In this document: positions 5,872-15,414 of the stretch, in pieces
How the letters are laid out: each line of letters begins with the position of its first letter
Numbering within the stretch: the first letter of the stretch is position 1
Virus record (IMG/VR): IMGVR_UViG_3300042566_001780
Span: 1 to 64,000 of that record
DNA length: 64,000 bases
Direction: 5' to 3' (one strand)
Translations under genes and position numbers: made by a program
The notes under the pieces: generated by a model
Seen by the model: the letters and a program-made list of their open reading frames with translations, nothing else
Told to the model about the DNA's origin: nothing
The model's database searches: none

Positions 5872-6402
5872 ATGAAGCTAACAGACCTATTTGAAACACA
5901 TTTTTCAGATGATAATTTTGATGATTTAGATTTTGGATCGGAAGATCTCATTAGATTGACACCGCGCATTTCTGATAAGACACTTAGAAAAACAATTTCT
6001 GAAAATGTTGAAATCCATTTTGTCAATTTCCTCAGCAAGTACTGGGTACTTACCGTAGATAGGGAACCCGTCGCTTTCTTGCAGTTGGGCTATCTATTTG
6101 AAGTAGCCGATTCCTATTACATGACAGTGGAACTTATCTACGCGGCTCCTAAAATTAGGAAATCAATTTTGTTAGGAAAGTTCTTTTTAGAGCTCAAGCC
6201 ACTGTTGAGTCACCCACTTATTATTGGGGCTGGTGATTGGGGTGGAGTAACCTACAAACATGGTACGATCCTAATCAGGAAGTTAGCAAAATCCCATCGA
6301 TTCAAACTCCAATCCTTAGACCTAAGGACTGGTGAACTATCAGACTTTGATCCCGAGACTGACATGGTATCAACCAAAGGAAAGACTATAGTCTTCAAAT
6401 AA
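5872..6402 (+). CDS. Hypothetical late protein (176 aa)
   Basis: AAGGA RBS, late motif upstream; N-terminus MKLTDLFE. Confidence 0.7.
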   Translation: MKLTDLFETHFSDDNFDDLDFGSEDLIRLTPRISDKTLRKTISENVEIHFVNFLSKYWVLTVDREPVAFLQLGYLFEVADSYYMTVELIYAAPKIRKSILLGKFFLELKPLLSHPLIIGAGDWGGVTYKHGTILIRKLAKSHRFKLQSLDLRTGELSDFDPETDMVSTKGKTIVFK

Positions 6403-6419
6403 CTCTCGGGTCACCCAGA

Positions 6420-6476
6420 TGAAGCCCGGGAGTGAAGAGCTTTTCGTAATGATTGGCTCTTCACTCCCGGGCTTCA
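6420..6476. repeat. Perfect 21-bp GC-rich inverted repeat (15-nt loop) between convergent genes
   Basis: TGAAGCCCGGGAGTGAAGAGC / GCTCTTCACTCCCGGGCTTCA. Confidence 0.9.
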
Positions 6477-6488
6477 ATGTCTCTAAAG

Positions 6489-8459
6489 TCACTCTGCTAT
6501 AGTTGAGAACCCATGTTCTTTCTGCACTATGAGTTTCTTATCAAGTCTACCATCAATTAGTGGATGATGCGAAATAACATAGATTGATAGGGCTTCATCA
6601 CGACTCTTATTCTTCAAAATGCCAGTGATTGCATCAATACCACCAGGATCTAATTGACCATCAAGCTCATCAATCAACAAAATGTTGAATTGATTGTGCA
6701 ATCGGTGCAACACATCCCTAAAAGCTAAAGATAGAGCAGTATTTACCCGGCGTTTTTCGCCAGCAGACAAATTACCAAAGTCAAGTTCTCTACCATATTC
6801 AGAAACGGTGCAACTCATGTCGGCATCAAACTTGACGATATGGGGAAGACCAAGAGATGATGTGTAAAAGTTGATTCGGTCATTCAAAAATGGAACAGAG
6901 CGGTTAATAATTCTTTTTCGAATAAAAGAATCTTTACCAGTCAGTAACTTTAGCAAAAATTGTTGGTGATCAAGGCGCTTTTTGAGAGCATCAACCTTAG
7001 CTGTATCAATCACAACCTCATCTTCTAGCATAAGTTGCTCAAGAGTCGAGACATACGGATTTTCAGTTGATGCAAGATCCTCAATCCGCTGTTTGGAGAT
7101 GGCAGCATTCTGCCGTGCTTTCAACAAAATCTCAAGATTAGGCTTAGTGATTTTTGCCTTGACATCTTTCAACTTTTCTTGAAGAACAGCAAGATCAGAA
7201 TTAGATGCAGCTAATTCTGTATTCTTTAAATCAAGAGCAGTATTGTTCTCGATTAAAGATGTCTTAAGTGCTTCAAGTTTGTCTTTTGCTTCTGCATAAT
7301 CTTGCAAACAATAAGGACATTTGGCATCTTCCAAATGAGCAATATCATCCTGCTGCTTTTTGATTGTTTTCTGTAGATTGCTAATTGCTAACTTGATAGG
7401 TGTCAGTTTTGCATTTTGATTAGAAATTTGCAAAGTCAGTTGATCGCGTTCAGCATGCAGTAATTGTTCAGCTTCAAGATCATCAGATGATACTAAATCA
7501 AGTTCAGCTTGAAGCTTCTTGATTTCTGTATCTCGATTAGTTTCCCAGTTCAAAGCACGTTTTTCTGCATCATTGATGTGCTTTTTCTGTGTATCACGAG
7601 CTTGTTGTTGTTGAACAATAATTGCTTCTTGAACTTTAATATCACCTTCAGTTTGCTTTATAAGCTCTTTTAGCTTTACTGCTTTTTCTGAAAGAAGGGT
7701 GATGTTAAGCAGCTCTTCAATATGAAGTCGTTGCTGAGCAATAGGCAGTGCTAAGAATGCCTGAGAATTACCAGAGAAGATGACCGTTTTGGTAAACAGT
7801 TCAAAAGAAATTCCAATGATGTCTTGGATAAAATTGTCGCACTCAGTAACACCTTTGCCTGGTGTAATATCATCACCATTCTTTGTGATTGAGATTGAAT
7901 ATGATTCTCCACGAGAGCGAATGATTTCATATTCATCCAATCCTTTAGTGAAAGAAATACCAACCTGCATCAACGTGTTTTTTGTAGCATTTGTGCTATT
8001 GATAAGTCGTTGAAGACTAATGTTATCGAATGGCTTGTTGAATAGGACATAGCAGAGTGCATTAATGATAGTAGTGTTGTGAGATACTATATCGTTAGTA
8101 TAGTATCGATGATCATCAGAATCTACCTGAACATCGTACATATTTTCAAATCGATCAGTTTGAATAATCGACTTGATTTCACTATCACCAGCCCGTGTTT
8201 TTATTTTGTTGCCAACTTTAAGGTTCTTGACAAAAATTTCGTTGAAACTTTCATCAAACACAATGTGATCATCAGCACACTCAAGAGTAAATCCATCCCC
8301 AGTTTCAAGAATGAAAACTTGATACTGGATAGTCTTAACTACTTTTGAAATAGGTTGAAAACCACTATCAGTCTCAATCTCAAAATTTGAAACATCAAAG
8401 CTTTCAAGAATTTTTCGACTGACTATTTCTGAAGGTTTAAACAATTGGTTATGATTCAT
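6489..8459 (-). CDS. gp46: Rad50/SbcC/gp46 ATPase, C-terminal fragment with 128-aa N-terminal split-intein C-half
   Basis: Intein blocks LECADDHIVF and MYDVQV...YYTNDIVSHN|T; then TTIINAL, coiled coil, Zn hook CPYC, signature LSAGEK, Walker B LLIDELD. Confidence 0.9.
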   Translation of the reverse strand: MNHNQLFKPSEIVSRKILESFDVSNFEIETDSGFQPISKVVKTIQYQVFILETGDGFTLECADDHIVFDESFNEIFVKNLKVGNKIKTRAGDSEIKSIIQTDRFENMYDVQVDSDDHRYYTNDIVSHNTTIINALCYVLFNKPFDNISLQRLINSTNATKNTLMQVGISFTKGLDEYEIIRSRGESYSISITKNGDDITPGKGVTECDNFIQDIIGISFELFTKTVIFSGNSQAFLALPIAQQRLHIEELLNITLLSEKAVKLKELIKQTEGDIKVQEAIIVQQQQARDTQKKHINDAEKRALNWETNRDTEIKKLQAELDLVSSDDLEAEQLLHAERDQLTLQISNQNAKLTPIKLAISNLQKTIKKQQDDIAHLEDAKCPYCLQDYAEAKDKLEALKTSLIENNTALDLKNTELAASNSDLAVLQEKLKDVKAKITKPNLEILLKARQNAAISKQRIEDLASTENPYVSTLEQLMLEDEVVIDTAKVDALKKRLDHQQFLLKLLTGKDSFIRKRIINRSVPFLNDRINFYTSSLGLPHIVKFDADMSCTVSEYGRELDFGNLSAGEKRRVNTALSLAFRDVLHRLHNQFNILLIDELDGQLDPGGIDAITGILKNKSRDEALSIYVISHHPLIDGRLDKKLIVQKEHGFSTIAE

Positions 8460-8710
8460 TTTTGCTTTGCAATCATTTCATGAAATTCACCAATTTTCAT
8501 AGTGAATAATTCTTTAGTAGTTTTATCTCTGATAGTGATCATTACGTCATGTGTGACACATTTGCCGGATCCATTAGAGCCTCCAGTATCGAGGTTTTTA
8601 CCCTCAACCAATATAGTGCTTGGTTGAGATAAATCAATTTCATTTACATTTTGACCAAAGCTTAAAAAGTTACTAAACCAAAGTTTGTTGAATGTAATAT
8701 CATTACTCAT
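8456..8710 (-). CDS. gp46: Rad50/SbcC/gp46 N-terminal fragment (50 aa) plus 34-aa split-intein N-half
   Basis: MSNDITFNKLWFSNFLSFG...GGSNGSGK (Walker A) followed directly by C-VTHDVMITIRD (intein block A); ATG at 8710 preferred over 8761. Confidence 0.88.
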   Translation of the reverse strand: MSNDITFNKLWFSNFLSFGQNVNEIDLSQPSTILVEGKNLDTGGSNGSGKCVTHDVMITIRDKTTKELFTMKIGEFHEMIAKQK

Positions 8711-9083
8711 CTTTGGAAACATCCTTAGAAAAAGCAAATTGGACATCACTAGTGACATCAACCTCGCTAACTACTTTGTTGATGTATTTCCAGGTGCCCC
8801 AAACATATAATGCATCTGAGTTATTTCCAGGTTCTCCAGCAAATTCGTAGCATCGTCCAGAAGAAGTAAAAATCTTCTGTGAGGTTAGATCAATAGATTT
8901 GATAGCAGAAGAAACTCGCCCCTGATAAAACCGCGGTTCATAGCCAATTACGTGTCGAGTTTTTGTCCCATCAGCATAAGAAGCTTCCATAATTTTCCAT
9001 TGGGTCAATACTACTTCAGGCTGGTCTTCAATAGATTCAACATTCCATACTGATGAAGCTAAAATTTCGTTAATCATTTTCAT
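8703..9083 (-). CDS. Conserved hypothetical protein inserted between gp47 and gp46
   Basis: ORF overlaps both neighbours; motifs GRVSSAI, TSSGRCY, PGNNSDALYVW. Confidence 0.7.
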   Translation of the reverse strand: MKMINEILASSVWNVESIEDQPEVVLTQWKIMEASYADGTKTRHVIGYEPRFYQGRVSSAIKSIDLTSQKIFTSSGRCYEFAGEPGNNSDALYVWGTWKYINKVVSEVDVTSDVQFAFSKDVSKDE

Positions 9084-10120
9084 TTCCTTTCATCAAACAA
9101 TTCGTCAAAAATAGTAACTAAAGTATTTGGGTCAATTGTGGCCGTAGGAGTAACGCCGTCCTTGATTAATTGACGAACAGTATTATCAAGTTGATCAAGA
9201 GCATCATCCTCAACTTCAAGTCCTTCAGATATTGCTTGCTTTTGATTAACTGCATCCTGTTCAATAACAAACTCTCTCAATTGATACGCTTCAATCATTT
9301 CTGCTTTAAGAGCCTGAACATCAGTATAACCAATATCAATATCAAGTAGACATTTGACGCGAGAACCAGGTTTAAAGTCTGCATTTTCTGCAGCTAATAC
9401 ATGTGATAACCGAGTCTTGTAGAATAATGGGCACTTAGGATAATCATAGAAAATGATGTCTTCAGATTCAGTGTCTAACATAGCAGCACCGCGCTCTGAA
9501 TCACCAGCATCCCCATAGTTTGTTGGGAATGCATTTCCAATGTAAACTACATTACCAGAAAACTGGCGCTTATGAAAATGCCCAGATAAAATGTATCGAG
9601 GACCCGTAAATTGCTTAGCATCTGGACCATGATCAAGAACTTTATCCTGACCAGTCACAACAAAGTTTCTAAATTCAAAATGGCCTAGCACATATTTGTA
9701 AGAGTTAATTTTGGCTGCAAGCTCTGGATACTCTGGATGAAACAAATAAGGAGCAGCATACATCTCTTTATTAATTTCTTGTGGTTCTGATATGATCCTG
9801 AAATTTTTGAAATCAGAAAATGGATCGGTTGAAAAAATATTTCGATTAGATCTGTAAAAAAGATCATGGTTACCAACTATAAAGAAAACTGGCAACCCAA
9901 GATTATCAAGTTTTCTTGCAGCAGCATGGGAAGAATTTAGAGTTCTAACACTGATTTGGTTTCGATTCTCATACCAATCACCCAAAAAAGCAATGTGAGT
10001 AGCTTTTTCGCGAATAGCTAGATCGCAGAACCAATCAATGAACTCATGACAGTCATTCAGATGTTGTTCTGAGTTGAGTCTTGCACCAAAATGAATGTCA
10101 GTAAAGCAAAGTAATTTCAT
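9080..10120 (-). CDS. gp47: Mre11/SbcD/gp47 recombination nuclease
   Basis: Metallophosphoesterase motifs TDIHFG, LGDWY, VGNHD, SGHFH; adjacent to gp46. Confidence 0.92.
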   Translation of the reverse strand: MKLLCFTDIHFGARLNSEQHLNDCHEFIDWFCDLAIREKATHIAFLGDWYENRNQISVRTLNSSHAAARKLDNLGLPVFFIVGNHDLFYRSNRNIFSTDPFSDFKNFRIISEPQEINKEMYAAPYLFHPEYPELAAKINSYKYVLGHFEFRNFVVTGQDKVLDHGPDAKQFTGPRYILSGHFHKRQFSGNVVYIGNAFPTNYGDAGDSERGAAMLDTESEDIIFYDYPKCPLFYKTRLSHVLAAENADFKPGSRVKCLLDIDIGYTDVQALKAEMIEAYQLREFVIEQDAVNQKQAISEGLEVEDDALDQLDNTVRQLIKDGVTPTATIDPNTLVTIFDELFDERK

Positions 10121-10133
10121 TGTCTGAAGCAAA

Positions 10134-10169
10134 AACAGGCAGAAGTTTCAATTGTAACTTCTGCCTGTT
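10134..10169 (-). terminator. 14-bp hairpin, probable terminator downstream of gp55
   Basis: AACAGGCAGAAGTT/AACTTCTGCCTGTT with a T-run on the minus strand. Confidence 0.6.
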
Positions 10170-10192
10170 ACACATGTAACGCGGTTTTTGGA

Positions 10193-10654
10193 TTAGTCTT
10201 CTTTGAAGGACATGAATGAATGGTCGTCTGAAGACTTAGATTGATAGTTAAAGGATGGATTTGCTCCGGCATCCATCAGTAACTCATCACGAATGTCTCG
10301 TTCCTTGCGTTCTGCATTGATATAACCTAAGAATGAACGATAAACTGAGGTTGTATAATATGAAAATGGATTAGGAGATTCGGATTTGGTATGATCAAAT
10401 TTATGCCAATTATTGACCAAATTAACTACGGCAGTTGCTACCATGTCTTCGCGAAATGAATAACCTGCAAACCATGGATGGTAGGAATATCGTTCTGCAA
10501 TCAGAACCAAATATTGGCCTAAACGATCTGTAAGAACGCCTTTTTCTTTTGCCTCTAAAAATGCTTCTAAAATTTGAGCATTAGATACGTAATGCTTTTT
10601 ACTATCTGTTGATTTTTCTTTTTTGTATTTTTTCTTTGGTTCTGTTGCTGCCAT
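10193..10654 (-). CDS. gp55: gp55-like late-transcription sigma factor
   Basis: HYVSN...LIAERYS...GYSFREDM...NPFSYYT...INAERKE; T4-like synteny 55-47-46. Confidence 0.88.
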   Translation of the reverse strand: MAATEPKKKYKKEKSTDSKKHYVSNAQILEAFLEAKEKGVLTDRLGQYLVLIAERYSYHPWFAGYSFREDMVATAVVNLVNNWHKFDHTKSESPNPFSYYTTSVYRSFLGYINAERKERDIRDELLMDAGANPSFNYQSKSSDDHSFMSFKED

Positions 10655-10767
10655 AGAATCCTCTATTAGGTTGTTGGACAGCAGTGTATATTTTAACCTA
10701 ATAACCTCAAATTATTTAATTGGTTTTAGGATGAAATGCTGCTGTTTTGTGCAATAGTCATTTGTAG

Positions 10768-10775
10768 CTAAATAG
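10768..10775 (+). promoter_or_regulatory. Putative late promoter CTAAATAG
   Basis: Start of the rightward structural operon. Confidence 0.7.
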
Positions 10776-10809
10776 TTAAGTCACATTCTTATTGATAGAA
10801 TTCCTAATC

Positions 10810-11430
10810 ATGTTACAACCAGCAGCTATTATTATTGGCCGATATCAGCCTCCGCACTTGGGGCATTATGCTATTATTGACATGGTCAAAGAGCACATTA
10901 AGAATCATGCTGATATTTATCCTAACCCGATCGTAATTGTAATAGATGGCGAAAAAAGTAGCAAGGATAAAAAGCGCAATCCATTGACACCCGACGATCG
11001 TATTTCAGCTATGCGTGCTTCTGGCAGAGCATCCGGTGTCAAATATCTTATTGCAAAAGATGTTATTAGTGCTATGGAGAAGCTAAAGGCTGCTGGGTTT
11101 GAAGCTGCTGTAACAGCTACAGGTTCAGATAGAAATGATAGTTACATTAAAATCCTAGACAAATACTATGAGTCTGGCGTAAAGAGAAAAAACCTTAGTT
11201 TGAAGAGAAGTGAGCTTGATGTAAAGCCTGAAACCATTGATGACATTTTGAACAATTTTGATTATGATACACCTGTTGAATTCATATCAGGCACCCTAAT
11301 TAGAGCAACTGTGGAAAAGGGTGATTTTGACAAATTTGCTATTATGACAGGTTTGACAGAGAATACAGATCTTGCAAAATCGATATTCAATAAAATTAAA
11401 AAATCAATGAAGGCAGATAGCGATGTTTGA
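10810..11430 (+). CDS. Cytidyltransferase-like (HxGH) nucleotidyltransferase
   Basis: GRYQPPHLGH, GSDR, ISGTLIR motifs. Confidence 0.8.
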   Translation: MLQPAAIIIGRYQPPHLGHYAIIDMVKEHIKNHADIYPNPIVIVIDGEKSSKDKKRNPLTPDDRISAMRASGRASGVKYLIAKDVISAMEKLKAAGFEAAVTATGSDRNDSYIKILDKYYESGVKRKNLSLKRSELDVKPETIDDILNNFDYDTPVEFISGTLIRATVEKGDFDKFAIMTGLTENTDLAKSIFNKIKKSMKADSDV

Positions 11431-12904
11431 TAAATTATTCGATTTACCAAAAATTGCTTCCTCTGTAAGTCAGGAAGTCACAAGCAAAATAGGAGAAGCT
11501 GCATCAAAAGTTAGTTCTTCTTTAGCTACTTCTGCATTAAACAAAATTGCTAGCGGGGTGCCATCATTTACTGAGCTTGCATCAAGCAATATTCTCGGAA
11601 AAGCTGTATCACCAGTTTTGAGCGAATTATCTGCTAATCTTGGATCTGCAGCATCAGCTTTAGGTGGTCTGGGAACAGGACTTGGTAATTTAGCAAATAA
11701 TCCGTTTGGATTAGATGCAGCATTTGGAGATGCTACAACATCCTTATCTGCGTCTGCATTGCGAGAAACTGTAGGTGAGCCGGCAGATTCTGCAGTAGAT
11801 GAAACTCATAAGGTCAAGCTAATATCTATAGTTGATAATAACTCGGTATATTTTGAAAATATGCCACAAATTCAAGAAACTAGAAGAGCTGAATATGAAG
11901 CTCTTCAACCGCCTCAAATGCCTGGTGAATTCCAAAAATACAAAGGCACAAAGAGCGTTCAATGGACTATTACTGCAACACTAACAGCAGCAACTGTATT
12001 TGAAGCATCTGTCAATCGAGATTATGTGAATTTGCTCAGAACGTGGACATATCCGTATTTCGGTGATGCTCAGCAAGGAACTGGCCGGCTTGGAGCACCA
12101 CCACCAGTAATCTTATTTTCTGGCTGGAGAAACTTAGTTGGAGAAGTGCCAACAGTCATAACAGATTTGAACTGGACTTGGCCAAAAGATGTTGATTGGA
12201 TACCTACTGACTACATAGATCAGTATAGCGGAATGCCGGTACCATTTCCAGCTGTTATTGAAGTGACTATAACTTTAGTTGAATCATTTAGTGCAAATCA
12301 ATTGAATAGTATCAACTTAATAGATTATAGAGATGGAAATATGGTTGGGGCATTTGCGATTCCGGCAAATCAACCAGAAAATTCAGGTGAGCTTTCTAGC
12401 AGCATTGAACCTGATGTTGAAAGTATGATGGCAGAAAGTGAAGCGATGATTGCTGAAATGAGCGCTGTTCCAGAAATTGATATTCCAAATATTGAAGCCT
12501 TGAATCCATTGCCTAATCTTTCTGCAGATGAAATAACAGCTACTATCCCTGAATTAGATGGCGCAGATAGTATGCCAACTTTAAGTGATTTAGGTGACTC
12601 TGATTTTATTGCTCCTTCAGAATTTAACGATCCACCAATTAGTAACTTAGCTGCTGATACAGATGACGTTAATGTAGATGAAGTATTAACAGAAGCATCA
12701 TCCGGGACAATTGAAGAAACTGCAGAAGATATGTCAGTTTTTGCTGCAGCTAGTGCATCATTTAATTTGAATCAATCGACATATTTTGGCGTAGCCTCAA
12801 ACCAATTGACATACACTGGCGATGATCCAATAGTATGGGACAATGTTAATACTGAAAGACTTCGTCGTGGTCTATCAGGATTGCCTAATACTAGACCCGT
12901 ATGA
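11423..12904 (+). CDS. Baseplate/tail-tube initiator-like protein (gp48/54-like)
   Basis: Core FENMPQIQE...PGEFQKYKGT...WTITATL...APPPVILFSGW; position upstream of the LysM and hub genes. Confidence 0.55.
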   Translation: MFDKLFDLPKIASSVSQEVTSKIGEAASKVSSSLATSALNKIASGVPSFTELASSNILGKAVSPVLSELSANLGSAASALGGLGTGLGNLANNPFGLDAAFGDATTSLSASALRETVGEPADSAVDETHKVKLISIVDNNSVYFENMPQIQETRRAEYEALQPPQMPGEFQKYKGTKSVQWTITATLTAATVFEASVNRDYVNLLRTWTYPYFGDAQQGTGRLGAPPPVILFSGWRNLVGEVPTVITDLNWTWPKDVDWIPTDYIDQYSGMPVPFPAVIEVTITLVESFSANQLNSINLIDYRDGNMVGAFAIPANQPENSGELSSSIEPDVESMMAESEAMIAEMSAVPEIDIPNIEALNPLPNLSADEITATIPELDGADSMPTLSDLGDSDFIAPSEFNDPPISNLAADTDDVNVDEVLTEASSGTIEETAEDMSVFAAASASFNLNQSTYFGVASNQLTYTGDDPIVWDNVNTERLRRGLSGLPNTRPV

Positions 12905-12916
12905 TAGGAATCTCAA

Positions 12917-13291
12917 ATGATTAAAAATTCTGTATTATCACAAAATTCCAGATATGTTGCCGGCGGCGCCACTGAAGTTAATGTCAATGCATTAGAGTGG
13001 TGGGAACGAACAAAGTTTTCTTTTGATCAGACTGATATTATCTATTCTGTAGAAAAACACCGAGAAGGAAGATTAGATTTGATTGCGCATGATCATCTTG
13101 GGGATTCAAAACTGTGGTGGTTGATAGCTCAATACAACTCCATCTTAGATGTTTTTACTGAAATTTCTGAAGGAAGAATAATAAGAATTCCCGCTCCAGC
13201 TAGAGCAAAAAGTATGGTAACCGGGCAATTAGGAGGGATTGAATCCCAAAGAATAGTGCCAGTTAATAAATTTGGGCCAGTTATCCTATGA
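12917..13291 (+). CDS. LysM-type baseplate wedge protein (gp53-like)
   Basis: YSV...GRLDLIAHDHLGDSKLWWLIAQYN. Confidence 0.75.
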   Translation: MIKNSVLSQNSRYVAGGATEVNVNALEWWERTKFSFDQTDIIYSVEKHREGRLDLIAHDHLGDSKLWWLIAQYNSILDVFTEISEGRIIRIPAPARAKSMVTGQLGGIESQRIVPVNKFGPVIL

Positions 13292-15411
13292 AATTGATTA
13301 ATGAATTAGATGATTTCCAATCACATTCAATACACTATGTGATGGTTGGATCAAATAACACTGAAGATATTAGATTGTTGTTTGATCCGCAATATCAATC
13401 GTCTACAATACAAGCTATTGATGCATGCAGATCATTAGGTGATAGGGTATTTTTAAAAGATGTAGCTACAAATAGCTCATGCTTTTTGGTATTAGACACC
13501 CGCAGATTTAGTCAATTTTCCATTGACAATTTCGAAATTACAATGTACCCCCAGTCATTGTCTAATCCAAAATCGCTGTCATCATACGTTCATTACACTG
13601 AGGGCAAATTAAGAATTATTGATTCAGTTGGCATATCTTTTGCTAACTTTATGCAATATATGACTGAAAAGTTGTTACAGGTAAATTTCACGGGTGCTGT
13701 TTTTGCACTTCGAATTTTATTTGTGGGCCATTTGTCTGATGGCAGCAGCAAAATGGTTCAGTCAATCACTATTCCCGTTACATTCCAAGACATTAAACTG
13801 GACTTGAATGACGTAAGAGGCATTTATGATTGCACATTTATGCCGGTAGTATCTCTAAAGGACTATGGCAATGGCGCGGATTGGACAAATATAGGCAATG
13901 CTACGTCTTATTTTTCTGGTACAAGTGTCAATAATCTTGGGGATTTAGTTCAGTCATTTGAAGATAACTTGAATAAAGAATCATTAAAGCTTTATCAAGC
14001 AATGACCGCGCGGGTTGTCAATCGCGGGCAATCCTTTAAAAATGTTGACAGTATTGGAAGACCGGTTCAATACATGATAACTATACCCGAGTCATGGGCA
14101 AAGTATCAGTTTAGTGGGCCATCTCAGGGTGCAGCAACAGAAACAAATTTTGTTGATGTTCTTAAGCAAGAAGACTTAAGAAGAGCCCAAACCTCAGAAA
14201 ATCAAGAAAAGAAAACACAAAATACAGGAACTCCTGTTACTAAAGATTCTTATTTGACGGTACCTGCAGGTTGGACAATTATGCAGGTGCTAGATAAGAT
14301 GTTTGCGCAATGCATTGAAATATCAAAACTTGCAAATTTTGCATCTACTGAATCTACGCCAAAATCAGTCAAATTCTATAAGCAGCTAGTTATGTTAACT
14401 AGCGATGCCGAAACTTTTACCGTGCATGTTGATGTTATTGAATTTGAAGTTCCTAATGTTTATTTGGCAGAAAGCGGCCAAGCTTCCCAGATTACTGAAA
14501 AAGATGATGCCATATTTGAAAAAAGAATGGTAAATGGTAAAGAAGTAAAGGTACCAAGAAACTTCATTGAGTTTGATTACATTTTTAGTGGTAGAAACAT
14601 TGATGTGCTACAACTTGATTTGAATATTCAAAATCTGGCATTTATGCTGTCAAATAAAATTGCTGTCGGCAGTGCTAACTTAGTTAGCAACGTTAGCGCT
14701 GAAACACCAGAAAATGGAAAAGGTGTTACGAATGACCAGCATGTCGTGCAATCGTTTAGACAAAAAGACCCAGTTCTTATTCCGCGTTTAACTCAGAGCC
14801 AAAAGAACAATTTCTCTGATTTTTCTGCCAATGCAACTACATCTGATAATTCAAGCCCGCAGGAAATAAATCAACAATTTACTCAAAATTTGTCAAATTG
14901 GTATTTTCAAAGCCCGGTCCAAGCTAAGATGATAATGCGAGGCAATCCTCACTTTTTAAGTAAAGCTACATTTCAGTTTTTGCCAGAGCATATTAGACCG
15001 CGCACCTTAGTTGACGACTCAGGCACTGTAAGTACTGCAAACAGTTCAGTAAAGCAGACTTATAGAAAAAAGCTTGAAGAACATTTAGCAGGTCCAAATA
15101 TGGCTCGACAATCCGATGGTTCATTTAGAGTGACTGGGCAATTGTCTGGTCCAAATATAGCATCGTCGCCGCTGTTTGCAAAGATAAATATTTTTGGCCC
15201 AAATGTCAATTTTATTAATGCAGAACCTATCGCTGGTCAAGACTTTGCTCAAAAGCTTTTTGATACCGGATACTTCAACGTAATGGAAGTAGTATCAAAA
15301 ATAGAAAATTCCAAATTTACGCAAGAATTGAAATTGTATTCTAATGGCTTATATGGAGCGCCTAGCATTACTGCACAAGGTGCCCAAGCTAAACCTAATC
15401 CTCAGGAGTAA
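13288..15411 (+). CDS. Baseplate hub-like protein (gp27-like)
   Basis: Position between LysM and gp5; C-terminal AKMIMRGNP...YFNVMEVVSKIENSKFTQEL hub pattern. Confidence 0.5.
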   Translation: MKLINELDDFQSHSIHYVMVGSNNTEDIRLLFDPQYQSSTIQAIDACRSLGDRVFLKDVATNSSCFLVLDTRRFSQFSIDNFEITMYPQSLSNPKSLSSYVHYTEGKLRIIDSVGISFANFMQYMTEKLLQVNFTGAVFALRILFVGHLSDGSSKMVQSITIPVTFQDIKLDLNDVRGIYDCTFMPVVSLKDYGNGADWTNIGNATSYFSGTSVNNLGDLVQSFEDNLNKESLKLYQAMTARVVNRGQSFKNVDSIGRPVQYMITIPESWAKYQFSGPSQGAATETNFVDVLKQEDLRRAQTSENQEKKTQNTGTPVTKDSYLTVPAGWTIMQVLDKMFAQCIEISKLANFASTESTPKSVKFYKQLVMLTSDAETFTVHVDVIEFEVPNVYLAESGQASQITEKDDAIFEKRMVNGKEVKVPRNFIEFDYIFSGRNIDVLQLDLNIQNLAFMLSNKIAVGSANLVSNVSAETPENGKGVTNDQHVVQSFRQKDPVLIPRLTQSQKNNFSDFSANATTSDNSSPQEINQQFTQNLSNWYFQSPVQAKMIMRGNPHFLSKATFQFLPEHIRPRTLVDDSGTVSTANSSVKQTYRKKLEEHLAGPNMARQSDGSFRVTGQLSGPNIASSPLFAKINIFGPNVNFINAEPIAGQDFAQKLFDTGYFNVMEVVSKIENSKFTQELKLYSNGLYGAPSITAQGAQAKPNPQE

Positions 15412-15414
15412 TGA

